Assembly: GCA_963782465.1 (NCBI GenBank)
Contig: CAWAJR010000007.1
Location: 279,558-343,557, forward strand
Direction: 5' to 3'
DNA from: an uncultured Actinomycetes bacterium
Lineage (GTDB): Bacteria; Actinomycetota; Acidimicrobiia; IMCC26256; PALSA-610
DNA: 64,000 nucleotides
Shown: piece by piece, positions 10,056 through 19,498 of the stretch
Numbering within the stretch: position 1 is the stretch's first letter
How the letters are laid out: every line of letters starts with the position of its first letter
Position numbers and translations under genes: made by a program
The notes under the pieces: generated by a model
The model's database searches: none
Seen by the model: only the letters and a program-made list of their open reading frames with translations
What the model was told of the DNA's origin: nothing

Positions 10056-10144
10056 CGTCGCTCGACCATTCGCTCGGGGGTCCGCTCGGCGGTTCGATCG
10101 ACAATTCGTTCGAACCGTGCCGTTGCGGTTCGTACCATCTCCGG

Positions 10145-11566
10145 ATGGGCGCGTCGGCAGCCATCGAAGATTGGGCCCGCGATCTCGCGACCGTGTTCGA
10201 CGGCCGGGCGGTGATCCTGGCCGGCGGCCCCCTCGCCGGTTACCCGTTACGCGTGCGTTCGCTCCGGGCGCTCGGCGCCCGCCGGTTCCTGTGCCTGGCC
10301 GGCGGGATGGGCACTGGCGAGATCCCCGAGGGTGACGACGTCGAGGTCGAGTTCGTCGACCTGGGCGGTGGTGGTGTGCTCGACGAATTTCGTGCCTGGG
10401 AACGTTTGAGCGAGACCCCGACCGCGGCCATCGCGGCCGCCATCGAACGGTTCGATCCTCACGGCGAGGCCCTCCTGCTGTTCGCGCCGTTCCACGCGTC
10501 GACGCATTTCGGCTCGCGCCGTGCGTTCGGCGCGCGCCGCCCCGAGTGGGTGGCGCTCGAAGACAAGACCACGTGCGACGGGTTGTTCGACCGCGCCGGC
10601 GTCGCCCGCCCACCGTGCGCGGTGGTCGACGCCAACCGTGATGCGCTCGTGGCGGCGTCGGCGCGGCTCGATCGCGGCGACGGCACCGTGTGGGCGGGTG
10701 ACGCGCGGCAGGGCTTCAACGGGGGCGCCGAGTGCGTGCGGTGGTTGCGGGCCGGCGCCGACGCCGCCGATGTCGAAGAAGCGACCCGGTTCTTCGTGTC
10801 GCATTGCGACCGCGTTCGCGTCGCGCCGTTCCTCGAAGGGATCCCGTGCAGCGTGCACGGCTTCGTGACCGCCGATGGCGTCGCGACCTTCCGCCCGGTC
10901 GAGTTGGTCACGTTGCGGCCGCCGGGCGGCAACCGCTTCCACTATTCCGGGTGCGCCACCTACTGGGACCCTCCGGCTGCCGATCGGGCCGCGATGCGCG
11001 ACGCGACCCGCCGGGTCGGCGAGGCACTGCGTCGCGAAGTCGACTTTCGTGGCGCGTACACCGTCGACGGCGTGCTCGGCGCCGGCGGCTGGCAGCCGAC
11101 CGAGTGCAACCCTCGCTACGGCGCCGCGCTCGGTTACGTGCGCACGGCCTGTCCCGAGCTGCCGCTCGATCTCCTCCACCATCTCGTGATCGAGGACCTC
11201 GAGCCCCGCGACGCTCCCGGCGTGCGCGCCGCGGATCTCGAAGCCGCGGTGCTGGCGAACTGCGACGGTACGCGCTGGGGCGGTGGGTGGACGACCGTGA
11301 CCCAGGTCTGGAACGCGACCGAATCGACACCGCTCGTGCGCACCGGCGACGGTTTCGCCGAGGCCGGCGAAGAAACCGTGCCCGACGCGACCATGTTGCG
11401 CGGCCCATCCGGCTTGGGCGGGTTCGTGCGCGTCATCTTCGATCCCGAACGTGTCGTGCCGGGGCCTTCGGTCGCGCCGATGGTCGCCGACGCCTTCGCG
11501 TTCGCCGATGCCCGCTTCGATGCCGGGATCGGTCCGCTCACCTCGCCGGTGGCGGTTCGGTCCTGA
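10145..11566 (+). CDS. hypothetical protein (473 aa), possibly ATP-grasp-like
   Basis: Long frame with G/C-rich third codon positions starting MGASAAIEDWARDL. The segment VAPFLEGIPCSVHGFVTADG ... YTVDGVLGAGGWQPTECNPR is reminiscent of an ATP-grasp core, but I cannot confirm that. Confidence 0.5.
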   Translation: MGASAAIEDWARDLATVFDGRAVILAGGPLAGYPLRVRSLRALGARRFLCLAGGMGTGEIPEGDDVEVEFVDLGGGGVLDEFRAWERLSETPTAAIAAAIERFDPHGEALLLFAPFHASTHFGSRRAFGARRPEWVALEDKTTCDGLFDRAGVARPPCAVVDANRDALVAASARLDRGDGTVWAGDARQGFNGGAECVRWLRAGADAADVEEATRFFVSHCDRVRVAPFLEGIPCSVHGFVTADGVATFRPVELVTLRPPGGNRFHYSGCATYWDPPAADRAAMRDATRRVGEALRREVDFRGAYTVDGVLGAGGWQPTECNPRYGAALGYVRTACPELPLDLLHHLVIEDLEPRDAPGVRAADLEAAVLANCDGTRWGGGWTTVTQVWNATESTPLVRTGDGFAEAGEETVPDATMLRGPSGLGGFVRVIFDPERVVPGPSVAPMVADAFAFADARFDAGIGPLTSPVAVRS

Positions 11567-12445
11567 GACCGGCCAGCTGTTGCACGACCTTGCCGATGGC
11601 GGAGAAGTCTTCGCGCCCGTAGCCCGCGGTGGTTGCGGCCGACAGCATCGGTCGGACAACACCGGCGCTGAGCGTCGGCGCACCGAGACGGGCCGCGTAC
11701 GCGAGCACGAGGTCGACGTCCTTGGCCATCAGGTCGGTCATGAACCCGGGTACCCATCCGTTCGAGGCCGGGCTGTCGGGGAGGACGCCGGGCACCGGGA
11801 TCCTTGTGCGCAGCGCGACGCAGTCGCCCGTCGCGTGCGTGGCGACCTGGTGCAGCAACTTCAGGTCGACGCCGGATTTCTCGGCCAGCGCGCTCGCTTC
11901 GGCGACCGCGAGCATCTGCGCCGCGTAGATCAACTGGTTGCACAGCTTCACGACCTGGCCGACGCCGGGGCCGCCCACGTGTACGAGCAAGCCGGTGAAG
12001 GGGTCGAGGGCCGGCCGGGCGCGGTCGAGCGTTTCGGTCGTGCCGCCGACCATCAACGTGAGCGTGCCGCGTTCGGCGCCGACCGTGCCGCCCGAAACAG
12101 GTGCATCGAGATAGCCGGCACCGGTCGCGGCAACCCGCTCGTGCTGCGCCCGTTCGACGTCGGGATCGATGGTCGACGTGTCGACGATGATCTTGCCCGG
12201 CGCGCACGCGGGTAACGCCACGTCGACGACTCCCGCGACATCGGCCGACGCGGGGACGCAGAGGATCGTGACCTCGCTGGCGGCGACGACGCCGAGTGCA
12301 TCGCCGCCGTCGTTCGCGCCGAGTTCGACGGCGCGGTCGATCGGGCCCGGCTCCGCGACGCGACGGTCACGTCGTGCCCGGCGTCGACCAGGTGGCGCAT
12401 CATCGGGAATCCCATGGCGCCGAGACCGATGAAGCCGATCCGCAC
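11538..12445 (-). pseudogene. NAD(P)-dependent 3-hydroxyisobutyrate/6-phosphogluconate dehydrogenase-family oxidoreductase, frameshifted as assembled
   Basis: The Rossmann N-terminus MRIGFIGLGAMGFPMMRHLVDAGHDVTVASRSR is followed out of frame by PIDRAVELGANDGG ... ILCVPASADV ... GKIIVDTSTIDP ... YLDAPVSGG ... GQVVKLCNQ. The junction lies in CCGGGCCC at about 12343-12350 (1 nt missing). Confidence 0.85.
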
Positions 12446-12447
12446 GA

Positions 12448-12466
12448 GTTGACGCTAGCAGTCAAC
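12448..12466. promoter_or_regulatory. near-perfect palindrome in a 40-bp divergent promoter gap (candidate operator)
   Basis: GTTGAC-GCTAGC-A-GTCAAC lies between the starts at 12445 (minus) and 12486 (plus). It contains a TTGACG -35-like hexamer. Confidence 0.4.
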
Positions 12467-12485
12467 CTTCTTACCGTTCCCCGTC

Positions 12486-13184
12486 GTGGTGGGATCATGC
12501 TTGTTCGTCACGCAGGTGGCGCCGTACACGTCGGGGCCGGCCGGCGTGCACGGCGTGCTCGACCAGGCGGCCGTAGGTGTCGCGCAGGTCGCCGAGATGC
12601 ACGGGCTGCGAGCGCAGCGCGTCGACGACGTGCGAGACATTCCCGCGGCCGACCTCGCGTCGGCGAGCGCGCTCGCGTTGTTCACCATCGGCGAAACACC
12701 GTGGAACGCCGGGCAGCGCACCACGATCGTCGACCGTCTGCGCGCCGGCGATCTCGCGGTGATCGCGATCCACTCCGCGACCGACGCGTGTTACGGGTGG
12801 CCGGAGTACGGCGCGCTCGTCGGCGCCCGTTTCGACGGGCACCCATGGACCCAGACCGTTGCGATCGACGTGCTCGACGGCACGCACCCCGCAACCGCGC
12901 ACCTCGGTTCGAGCTGGCGCTGGCACGACGAGGTGTACCAGTTCCGCGACCTCCGGCCCGATGCGCACGTGCTGCTGCGAGTCGCCGGGGGCGAACTCGA
13001 CCTCGGCGCCGAGGGCGCCGCGCAACCGGCGTTCGGTTACCCGCTCTCGTGGTGCTTCTCCGAAGGTGACGGGCGCGTCTTCTCCACCAGCCTCGGGCAC
13101 TTCCCGCACACGTGGGAGACGCCCGCGTACCTGCAACACCTTTCGGGCGGGTTCGGGTGGGCGTTGCCGCAGGGTCGTGGCTGA
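12486..13184 (+). CDS. ThuA domain-containing protein
   Basis: LALFTIGETPW ... VIAIHSATDACYGWPEYGALVGARFDGHPW ... WHDEVYQF ... PLSWCFSEGDGRVFSTSLGH matches the ThuA (trehalose utilisation) pattern. Confidence 0.75.
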   Translation: MVGSCLFVTQVAPYTSGPAGVHGVLDQAAVGVAQVAEMHGLRAQRVDDVRDIPAADLASASALALFTIGETPWNAGQRTTIVDRLRAGDLAVIAIHSATDACYGWPEYGALVGARFDGHPWTQTVAIDVLDGTHPATAHLGSSWRWHDEVYQFRDLRPDAHVLLRVAGGELDLGAEGAAQPAFGYPLSWCFSEGDGRVFSTSLGHFPHTWETPAYLQHLSGGFGWALPQGRG

Positions 13185-13187
13185 CGC

Positions 13188-14183
13188 ATGGCACGCGAAC
13201 GCAACTTGTCACCGTGGGCGTACTGGCGTCTCCGGCTCGAGGCGGCCGAACCGAGTGACCCATGCCCGGTCGATCGCCTCGACACCACGTTCGAATCGTG
13301 GCGCGGCCGGGCACGGAGCCGGCTCATCCACGCCCTCGGGTCGATGCCCAGACCCGTCCCTCTCGACGTCGAAATCCTGGAATCGACCGACTGCGACGGG
13401 TACCGGCGCGACAAGATCGTGTTCGACACCGAGAAGACGATGTCGGTACCGGCCTACCTGCTCGTCCCGCACGAGCGCACCGAACCGGGGCCGGCGGTCC
13501 TCGCGGTCCACGGGCACGGGCCGGGCAAGTCGGTCGTCGTCGGCCTCGAGGGCGAAGGCCAGGACTATGCGCACACGCTGGCGTCGCGCGGGTTCGTCGT
13601 GCTCGCTCCCGACCTCCGCTGCTTCGGCGAGCGCTCGGATTGGGTACCCGAAGACAAGTACGAGTGCGACTGGAACCTCGTCTGCGCGACCCTCGCCGGC
13701 GAGAACCCGCTCGCGCAGAACCTTTTCGACATGCAACGCGGCCTCGACGTGTTGGCCGCGCACCCGCTCGTCGACGGCACGCGGCTCGGCGCGGCCGGCT
13801 TCTCGTACGGCGCGACGATCACGTTGTTCCTCGCCGCGATCGACCCCCGGGTGCGCGCGGCCGTGGTTTCCGGCTACCTGTCGTCGTGGCGGGAAGCGCA
13901 CACGGTGCCGTGGAACATGTGTGGTTCGCAGGTGTTCGGCGGGATGCTCGACACGTTCGAACATCTCGACATCGCGTCGCTCGTCGCGCCGCGCGCGCTG
14001 TTCGTCGAGAGCGGCGTCGACGACGTCATCTTCCCGATCGGCGCGGCGCGCGCCACCGTCGACGCGTTGACGCATGTCTATGCGTTCCTCGATGCACCCG
14101 AGCGCCTGGCCCATCACGTCCACGACGGCGAGCACCAATGGGACGGTGCCGGCGTCGCCGAGTTCCTGGAGCAATCGTTGTGA
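13188..14183 (+). CDS. alpha/beta hydrolase (acetyl esterase / dienelactone hydrolase-like)
   Basis: AVLAVHGHGPG, the nucleophile elbow GFSYGA, and a C-terminal DDVIFP ... H suggesting an Asp/His pair. Confidence 0.75.
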   Translation: MARERNLSPWAYWRLRLEAAEPSDPCPVDRLDTTFESWRGRARSRLIHALGSMPRPVPLDVEILESTDCDGYRRDKIVFDTEKTMSVPAYLLVPHERTEPGPAVLAVHGHGPGKSVVVGLEGEGQDYAHTLASRGFVVLAPDLRCFGERSDWVPEDKYECDWNLVCATLAGENPLAQNLFDMQRGLDVLAAHPLVDGTRLGAAGFSYGATITLFLAAIDPRVRAAVVSGYLSSWREAHTVPWNMCGSQVFGGMLDTFEHLDIASLVAPRALFVESGVDDVIFPIGAARATVDALTHVYAFLDAPERLAHHVHDGEHQWDGAGVAEFLEQSL

Positions 14184-14641
14184 GCCACGAACAGCGCCTG
14201 GCCGCGAGCGGTCTCGTGCTCCCCGGCCCGTTCTTCCCCCACGACCCGCTCGACGGGATGGTGACGCACGGCGGGCGCGCCCGTACGTCGGGCCAGCTCC
14301 CGCGCGACGCCGGCGGCCAGCTCGTCAACCCCGGCCTCCTCGGCGACGACCTCACGCCGGAGCAGGGCGCGGAGGCGGCCCGCTGGTGCGCCCTCAACGC
14401 GGTCTCGACGTTGCGTTCCGTGCTCGGTTCGCTCGACCGCATCGAGCGGGTCCTCACCGTGATCGGCTTCGTCGCGTGCGTGCCCCGTTTCGCGGCGCAA
14501 CCCGCGGTGGTCGACGGTGCCAGCCGCCTGCTCACCGAGGTGTTCGGCGATGCCGGCCGCCACTCGCGCTCGGCGATCGGCGTCGCTGCCCTGCCCCGCG
14601 GTTCGTCGGTCGAGGTGGAAGTCGAGGTCGCGCTCGCCTGA
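14180..14641 (+). CDS. RidA/YjgF family protein
   Basis: GTGA start/stop overlap with the upstream gene. ARTSGQLPRD ... VLTVIGFVACVP ... HSRSAIGVAALPRGSSVEVEVEVAL is typical RidA sequence. Confidence 0.8.
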   Translation: MSHEQRLAASGLVLPGPFFPHDPLDGMVTHGGRARTSGQLPRDAGGQLVNPGLLGDDLTPEQGAEAARWCALNAVSTLRSVLGSLDRIERVLTVIGFVACVPRFAAQPAVVDGASRLLTEVFGDAGRHSRSAIGVAALPRGSSVEVEVEVALA

Positions 14642-14652
14642 AACACCGGCCG

Positions 14653-14698
14653 GGTTGTGTCGTTTGTACCCCCAGGCGGGGGGACAAACGACACAACC
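14653..14698. repeat. family-2 intergenic hairpin, copy A
   Basis: GGTTGTGTCGTTTGTACCCCC-AGGC-GGGGGGACAAACGACACAACC forms a 20-bp stem with one mismatch. It begins 12 nt after the RidA stop. Confidence 0.8.
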
Positions 14699-14814
14699 GA
14701 GGATGGGGGGCGGTGGAATAAGGCGGATGCCCAATGCGCCGGGCCCTGCCTTAGGCCGATGGTGGACCTTGCACGAAGGGGAGCACGACCGAGCCCCGAA
14801 GGGAGGGCACCACC

Positions 14815-14958
14815 ATGAACGGCTTCCATCCGGACCTCGTCCACCAGCAGGCACACTTCGAGCAGGCCGACCTCCGCCGGGCCGCGGGGCGGCGGCGGGC
14901 CGGGCGGCCGAACCGCGTGCCGCTCCGGCACTGGTTCACCAGCGTGTTCGTCCGCTGA
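14815..14958 (+). CDS. small ORF (47 aa) upstream of the LAL regulator
   Basis: ATG lies 7 nt after GAAGGGAGGG. Product is MNGFHPDLVHQQAHFEQADLRRAAGRRRAGRPNRVPLRHWFTSVFVR. It is below the ORF-track length cutoff and I recognise no family. Confidence 0.35.
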   Translation: MNGFHPDLVHQQAHFEQADLRRAAGRRRAGRPNRVPLRHWFTSVFVR

Positions 14959-15017
14959 CCGGCACCGCCGTCGGCTTGGCGCAATTCGAACGACCGCAGC
15001 CCGCCGCGGGTGCCACC

Positions 15018-18000
15018 ATGGCACCCGTGGCCGCTCGCGTTTCCAGTCCCCGTTTCATCGGCCGAGCGAACCAGCTCGCGCGCCTCCTGGCGGTCTACGA
15101 GAACGCGGCCGACGAGCGCGCGTCGACGGTGCTGGTCGCCGGTGAAGCCGGCGTGGGCAAGACCCGGCTCGTCGGCGAGTTCGTCGAGCAGGTGCGGGCG
15201 AGCGGCGGCATCGCGATCGTCGGTGGGTGCCTCGAACTGGTCGATCGGGCGTTGCCGTTCGGCCCGGTGATCGAAGCGCTGCGCCAACTCCACCGTCAGC
15301 TCGGCGACGCGACCCTCACCGAGGTTCTCGGCCCCACGCTGCCCGAACTCGCCCGGCTGCTCCCGGAGTTCGCGTCGGTGAACGATCCTCCTTCGGACGA
15401 CGTCGACTCGCCGAGCGCGCGCCTGTTCGAACACCTGCTCGCCGCGCTCGAACGGCTCGGCGACCGGGTGCCGATCGTGCTCGTGTTCGAAGACCTTCAC
15501 TGGGCCGACCGCTCGACACGCGAACTCCTCCTGTTCCTCGCGCGCAACCTACGTGTCGGCCGCGCCCTCATCGTCGGGACCTACCGCAGCGATGACCTGA
15601 ACCGCCGTCATCCGCTGCGCCCGGTACTCGCCGAACTCGAACGTTCCGGTGTCGAACGGATCGATGTCGCCCGTTTCACCCTCGGCGAAGTGCGCGAGCA
15701 GCTCGCCGCCATCCTGGGTGGTGAGCCCGCCACCGACGTCGTGAGCGAGATCCACCGTCGCTCCGACGGCAACGCCTTCTTCGCCGAGGAACTTCTCGCC
15801 GCGTCGGGCGACGCCGGCGGCGAGTTGTGCGTGTCGTCGACGCTGCGCGACGTGCTGCTCGCGCGGCTCGACGTCCTCTCCGAAACCGCGCAACACGTGC
15901 TGCGGATCGCCGCGGTGATCGGCCGGAGGTTCGACCACCGGTTGCTCGTCGCGCTGGCCGACCAGCCGGAACCGGTGCTGCTCGACGGGCTTCGCGAGGC
16001 GGTCGCGCACCAGGTGCTGCTCACCGATCCCGACGGGCTCACCTACCAGTTCCGGCATGCACTCGTGCAGGAGGTCGTGTACGACGACCTGTTGCCGGGG
16101 GAGCGGGTCAGCCTGCACGCGCGGCTCGCGCACCTCCTCACCGACGAGCCGTCGATGTTCCAAGGTTCGCCGGCCGCGCTCGCGAGCGAGCTGGCGTGGA
16201 ATTGGTACGCGGCGCACGATCAGCGGCGCGCGCTCGGTACCGCGTTCGAGGCCGCGCGCCTCGCCGAGCAGATGTACGCGTACCCCGAAGCGCTGGCTCA
16301 CACCGAACGGGTGCTCGAACTGTGGTCGCAGGTACCCGACGCGCAGGCGCTCACCGAGATCGATCTCGTCGACGTGATGCGGTACGCGGCGCGGGTGGCG
16401 GAGCTCGGCGGCGACACCGACCGCGCGCTTGCCATCGTGCGCCAGGCCCGTCCCCTTGTCGACGACGACGCCGATCCGGTGCGGGCCGGCCTGTTGCGTG
16501 AACGCGAAGCGCGCTGCCTCTGGATGCTCGGCCATCCCGCCGAAGGGTTGTTGCCGCTCAACCACGAAGCGGTGCGGTTGGTGCCGCCGGAACCGCCGAG
16601 CGAGGCGCGCGCACACGTGCTCGCCGCGTTGGGGCAGCAGTTGATGCTCGCCGGCCGCAATCACGACGCGATCGACTGGTGCGAGCAGGCGATCGCGGTC
16701 GCGGAGGAAGTCGGCGCGCGGGTGGTGGAGAGCCACGCCCGCAACTCGCTCGGCAGCGCCCTCGGGAACCTCGGCGACACCGAGGCGGGCCTCGCCCAGC
16801 TACAGGTCGCGCGGGTGCTCGCGACAGCAACCCATTCGTGGGGCGACGTCGCGCGGGTCAGCGTGAACGAGGGCGGTGCGCTCCAGAACGGCGGCCGCCA
16901 CGAAGAGGCGGTCGCGGTGTCGATGAGCGGGGCGGAGGAAGCGCGGCGGCACGGCCTCGATCGGTCGTACGGGTCGTTCATCCGGCTCAACGCGGCCACG
17001 TCGTTGTGGCAGCTCGGCCGGTGGGACGAGCTCGAGGAGCAACTGCGCGAGGTCGACGCGATCGCGCCCGGTGGTATCGACGTGCGGCGCTTGTGCGAGG
17101 AGTGGGCGATGCTGCTCGCCGGGCGGGGCCGGTTCGACGAGGCCGCGGCCTACCTCGAGCGCGCGCAGGCGCTGCCGGGCGCGAAGAACTCGTTCGACCA
17201 TGGCATCGGCCTGGCCGGGCCGGTCGCCTTCCTGCACCAATGGCGGGGCGAGCCCGAACGGGTGCGTACCGCGATCGCCGAGACCGTCGACCTGTACTTC
17301 TCCGACCCGCACGCCACGGTCAGGGGCTGCTCGGACTGGGCCGAATCGCTGTACGCGTACGGCCTGGCGGCCGAAGCCGACCTCGCCGAACGGGCGCGCG
17401 TGCGCGGCGACGCGGCCGCGGACCAGGAGGCGGTCTCGAAGGCGGTCGAGTTGCGGGAATCGATGGAAAAGGTGCAGAGCCGGTTCTCGGAGATGGTCAC
17501 CGGGCCGTACGACCAGCGTGTCTACCGCCTTCAAGCCGACGCGGAGCTGTCGCGCGCCATGGCGCGCCCCGACCCGGCGGTGTGGCAGCTCGTCGGCGAT
17601 ACGTGGCTGAGCACGATGCGCCTCCCGAACGGCGGGTACGCGCGCTGGCGCGAAGCCCAAGCCCGGATGCAGGCCGGCGAGGGTGCCGCCGCGGCGAAGC
17701 CGTCGCTCGTCGATGCGCACACGATTGCGTCGCGGGTCGGGTTCGTGCCGCTCCTCGCGGCAGTCGAAGACCTCGCGCGGCGGGCGCGGATCGAGGTCGG
17801 GGAGAAGGCGGCCGAGCCGGTCTCGGCCCTCGAACGGCTCGGCCTGACGAACCGGGAGCGCGAGGTGCTCGACCTCGTCGCGGCCGGTTCGACGAACCGG
17901 CAGATCGCCGACGCGCTGTTCATCAGCACCAAGACCGCGAGCGTCCACGTGTCGAACATCCTCGCGAAGCTCGGTGTCGCGAATCGCGGGGAAGCGGCTG

Positions 18001-18044
18001 CCCGTGCCCGCGAGCTCGGGATCGAACAGGCGGCCGCCCGGTAG
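15018..18044 (+). CDS. LuxR-family transcriptional regulator, large ATP-binding (LAL/MalT-like) type
   Basis: An N-terminal Walker A (VLVAGEAGVGKTRL) and DLHWAD, a long TPR-like middle region, and a C-terminal LuxR HTH (LTNREREVLDLVAAGSTNRQIADALFISTKTASVHVSNILAKLGV). The ORF track starts at 14517, but ATG 15018 begins the conserved part. Confidence 0.85.
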   Translation: MAPVAARVSSPRFIGRANQLARLLAVYENAADERASTVLVAGEAGVGKTRLVGEFVEQVRASGGIAIVGGCLELVDRALPFGPVIEALRQLHRQLGDATLTEVLGPTLPELARLLPEFASVNDPPSDDVDSPSARLFEHLLAALERLGDRVPIVLVFEDLHWADRSTRELLLFLARNLRVGRALIVGTYRSDDLNRRHPLRPVLAELERSGVERIDVARFTLGEVREQLAAILGGEPATDVVSEIHRRSDGNAFFAEELLAASGDAGGELCVSSTLRDVLLARLDVLSETAQHVLRIAAVIGRRFDHRLLVALADQPEPVLLDGLREAVAHQVLLTDPDGLTYQFRHALVQEVVYDDLLPGERVSLHARLAHLLTDEPSMFQGSPAALASELAWNWYAAHDQRRALGTAFEAARLAEQMYAYPEALAHTERVLELWSQVPDAQALTEIDLVDVMRYAARVAELGGDTDRALAIVRQARPLVDDDADPVRAGLLREREARCLWMLGHPAEGLLPLNHEAVRLVPPEPPSEARAHVLAALGQQLMLAGRNHDAIDWCEQAIAVAEEVGARVVESHARNSLGSALGNLGDTEAGLAQLQVARVLATATHSWGDVARVSVNEGGALQNGGRHEEAVAVSMSGAEEARRHGLDRSYGSFIRLNAATSLWQLGRWDELEEQLREVDAIAPGGIDVRRLCEEWAMLLAGRGRFDEAAAYLERAQALPGAKNSFDHGIGLAGPVAFLHQWRGEPERVRTAIAETVDLYFSDPHATVRGCSDWAESLYAYGLAAEADLAERARVRGDAAADQEAVSKAVELRESMEKVQSRFSEMVTGPYDQRVYRLQADAELSRAMARPDPAVWQLVGDTWLSTMRLPNGGYARWREAQARMQAGEGAAAAKPSLVDAHTIASRVGFVPLLAAVEDLARRARIEVGEKAAEPVSALERLGLTNREREVLDLVAAGSTNRQIADALFISTKTASVHVSNILAKLGVANRGEAAARARELGIEQAAAR

Positions 18045-18091
18045 CCTGTCGAGCCTGACACCGACGTCAGTTATCTTCCCCGGGGGGCACG

Positions 18092-19399
18092 ATGGCGCCG
18101 CGCATCACGATCATCGGCGGTGGGAGCTTCCAGTGGGTGCCGAAGCTGCTGGTCGACCTGGCCAACACGCCGACGCTCACCGAGTCGGAGATCGTGCTCG
18201 AAGACATCGACCCTTCGACGCTGCCACCGATGGCCGAGTTCGTCGAGCACGTGGCCCGGTCCCGCGGGATCCCGCTCGCCGTGCGTACCACCACCGACCA
18301 GCGCGACGCGCTCGAGGGCGCCGACTACGTGGTGGTGTCGATCTCGACCGGCGGCTTCGACAGCATGCGCCACGACATCGAGATCCCCGAGCGGTACGGC
18401 ATCCGCCAGTCGGTCGGCGACACCGTCGGGCCCGGCGGTGTCGTGCGCGCCCTGCGCAATATCCCCGTGCTGCTCGGCATCGCGCGCGACATGGAAGCGA
18501 TCTGCCCCGACGCCTGGTTGCTCAACATCACGAACCCGATGACCACGCTGTGCCGCGCGATCACGCGTGAGACGTCGATCAAGACGGTCGGCCTGTGCCA
18601 CGAGGTCACGAACTGCCGGTTCCAGCTGTCGCAATTGCTCGACCGCGATTTCGGCGACTTCGACCTCGACGTCGAAGGCGTCAACCATCTCCCGATCGTG
18701 ACCCGGCTCGACATCGGGGGCGAAGACGGTTTCGCCCTGCTGGCCGAGCTGCTCGACCGCGGCAGCGACGATCCGGTCAAACACGCGCTGCTCGAGAGCA
18801 ACCAGGTGAAGTTCGAGTTGTTCCGCCGCCTCGGTGTGCTGCCGGCCGCCGGCGACCGGCACCTGGTGGAGTTCTTCCCCGGTTTCCTCACCGAGGACTC
18901 GGGGTGGGGGAAGCGATGGGGCGTGCACCTCACGACGATCGAAGATCGCGAACAGTGGCTCGACTACTTCAAGGCCGAGTTCAAGCAGCTGCGCGAAGCG
19001 AGCGACGTGCCCACCACGATGTCGGGCGAGATGGTCGCACCACTGATCGACTCGTTCATCACCGGGAAGGAGCGCCATTTGCCGTTGAACGTGCCGAACG
19101 CCGGCCAGTGCCCCGACCTGCCGAATGACGCCGTGGTCGAAAGCATCTGTGTCGCGTCGGGCGAGGGTGTTCGCGGCGGCGACGAAACCCGGGCGCCGTT
19201 CGTGCTCGGCGAATGGCTGCGGCGCATCTCGGCGTCGCAGGAGGCGACGGTCGAGGCGGGCATCACCGGGAGTCGCGAGCGGGCCGTCGAGTCGATGCTG
19301 CTCGACCCGCTCGCCGGTCGCATCGACTTCGACCAGCTCGAACAGATGACCGACGAGATGCTCGGCGCGACCTCGCGCTGGCTGCCCCAATTCGCGTGA
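18092..19399 (+). CDS. glycoside hydrolase family 4 (NAD/Mn-dependent glycosidase)
   Basis: ITIIGGGSFQW ... DYVVVSISTGG ... IPERYGIRQSVGDTVGPGG ... WLLNITNPMT ... VGLCHE are GH4 motifs. Confidence 0.85.
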   Translation: MAPRITIIGGGSFQWVPKLLVDLANTPTLTESEIVLEDIDPSTLPPMAEFVEHVARSRGIPLAVRTTTDQRDALEGADYVVVSISTGGFDSMRHDIEIPERYGIRQSVGDTVGPGGVVRALRNIPVLLGIARDMEAICPDAWLLNITNPMTTLCRAITRETSIKTVGLCHEVTNCRFQLSQLLDRDFGDFDLDVEGVNHLPIVTRLDIGGEDGFALLAELLDRGSDDPVKHALLESNQVKFELFRRLGVLPAAGDRHLVEFFPGFLTEDSGWGKRWGVHLTTIEDREQWLDYFKAEFKQLREASDVPTTMSGEMVAPLIDSFITGKERHLPLNVPNAGQCPDLPNDAVVESICVASGEGVRGGDETRAPFVLGEWLRRISASQEATVEAGITGSRERAVESMLLDPLAGRIDFDQLEQMTDEMLGATSRWLPQFA

Positions 19400-19498
19400 G
19401 CGAGCGTGTTCGCGTGGATCGCGGCGGTGGGCGCGAGCGGGGCCCGAGCCGCCCGGCCGCGGAGCGCCAGGAGCGGGAAGCGTGAGCGAGCGGGAATC

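Noticed and set aside
11538-11566. 29-nt overlap of convergent 3' ends (hypothetical gene and dehydrogenase gene)
   Set aside because: Short convergent overlaps are common in compact GC-rich genomes, and there is nothing else unusual at the site.
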